This document shows, piece by piece, positions 62,901 through 64,000 of a stretch of DNA of 64,000 nucleotides; the stretch's first letter is position 1; each line of letters begins with the position of its first letter. Under the pieces are notes generated by a model. The model ran no database searches. It was not told the origin of the DNA and was given only the letters and a program-made list of their open reading frames with translations. The DNA is from Azolla caroliniana. Taxonomy: Eukaryota; Plantae; Polypodiophyta. The translations under genes and the position numbers were made by a program. The DNA lies in NCBI GenBank assembly GCA_043228905.1, contig JBHGNT010000022.1, forward strand, positions 11,284,001-11,348,000, given 5' to 3'.

Positions 62901-63538
62901 AGGGAACTACCTGGCAGAGCTCACATTACAAGAATACAATTGCTTAAACTATCTGCCATCCATGATTGCAGCATGTTCAGTTTTTGTGGCGAAATTCACA
63001 CTCGAGCCAAATGTTAACCCTTGGGTATATGCATTTTATTTATTTATTCACACATTATATGTATATATAGAGACATAACACAATAGTTTGATCGACTTTT
63101 CTTTATATCATATGAAATTTGTTGTCAATTGTAAGCTGATATGTATAAATGCTTGTTTCTCTTTTATTTGGTAGAATGAAACATTACAACAGTGTTCGGG
63201 ATATCGAGCATCAGAATTGAAAGAATGTGTCCAAGTGATACATAGCCTACAACACAATGTGAAGCAGTGCGCATTGCAGGCTGTTCGAGAGAAGTATAGG
63301 CACCCAAAGGTATTTTCGGTTCTCTCATGTCCAAGGTTTTTATCATCATTAACTTGAAATTCATATTTCCTAATGGATTTTTTTTTATCTGCCATATTAT
63401 TCCTTAAGTATGTTGAATCTATGTCCTTGTTTATATGTTTTGAGATGAATTTATATCTGGTGCAATATTTTGCAGTTCAAATGTGTTGCTGAAATCAATT
63501 CTCTACGAACCATTCCGTCAGAGTATTTCGAGGATTGA
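59912..63538 (+). CDS. CYCA: A-type cyclin, about 10 exons
   Basis: D-box RAALTNLTN; MRGILVDWLVEVAEEY; LQLVGVACM; SKYEEICAP..FCYITDNTY; YLAEL; AVREKY..KFKCVA. Exons approx 59912-60217, 60579-60882, 61417-61541, 61961-62190, 62353-62429, 62543-62619, 62745-62778, 62875-63024, 63175-63309, 63476-63538. Confidence 0.92.
60250..60565. repeat. Three-copy tandem duplication in cyclin intron 1
   Basis: tgctcatcttattagtgtggtaatcatca..tcatgtcag.ttatgcgttatgggatct occurs three times. Confidence 0.9.
60880..61427. repeat. Four tandem copies of the whole of cyclin intron 2
   Basis: Donor caag|gtatagaatcaaatggggttg recurs at 60883, 61029, 61174 and 61277; each unit ends in ...aagaaacatc. Confidence 0.92.
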
Positions 63539-64000
63539 GAAGTGTTTTTCAGTTGGAATTCTTTTTGGATTGTTTTGAGCTTCTTTTTTCCTCGTTTTAA
63601 AGGGAAACTTTGCTCTTGACCTTTTGCAACAAATTGATATACATAGACATAAGCTTCTAACTGTTGTGTGAGGTTGTCTCATTTGTAAGTAAACATCAAG
63701 ATGGCTTTGCCTCGATTCACATGATTTTTTGTAACATTGTTTCCAAATGTAAAATTTTGTTACTAAGACATCCACTTTTGGTTTGTGCAAAAGCAATGAT
63801 TTGTAGTAAGATGGTGAAAGTGTCGTCCTTTATATTCTAATACCTAAAAAGATAATGCTTCTTAAGGTTTGTCGAGGATTGATTGAGACTTGAAAGTAGA
63901 AATATTCTTTAGACCTAACAAGGCAAAACTTGTTGTTATAAAGAGATCAATCAAACATAAGAAATTATATATATATATATATATATAATCCATGTGAAAC

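Overview
AT-rich, intron-containing land-plant nuclear DNA. A fern or other seed-free plant is my low-confidence inference from the repeat and L1 style. Five host genes are present: a DEAD-box RNA helicase RH7/DDX21-type (+), a USP-kinase-U-box protein (+), an intronless G-type lectin SD2 receptor kinase (-), Derlin-1 (-) and an A-type cyclin (+). They lie among nested Copia/Gypsy LTR elements, an intact full-length L1 LINE with TSD and poly(A), a 5'-truncated L1 sibling, MITEs and a long-TIR element in a CATAC microsatellite. The first 7 kb is the most unusual part. It is a decayed tandem array of tRNA-Leu(AAG) pseudogenes invaded by two tail-to-tail Penelope-like retroelements (PLEs). One PLE carries an apparently intact type I hammerhead ribozyme (2469-2523, minus strand) and the other a remnant of the same ribozyme. 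Also notable are tandem duplications that copy splice sites in three host genes, and a ~295-bp duplication of the Derlin-1 5' region flanking a solo LTR. All coordinates were read by eye; no searches were run.
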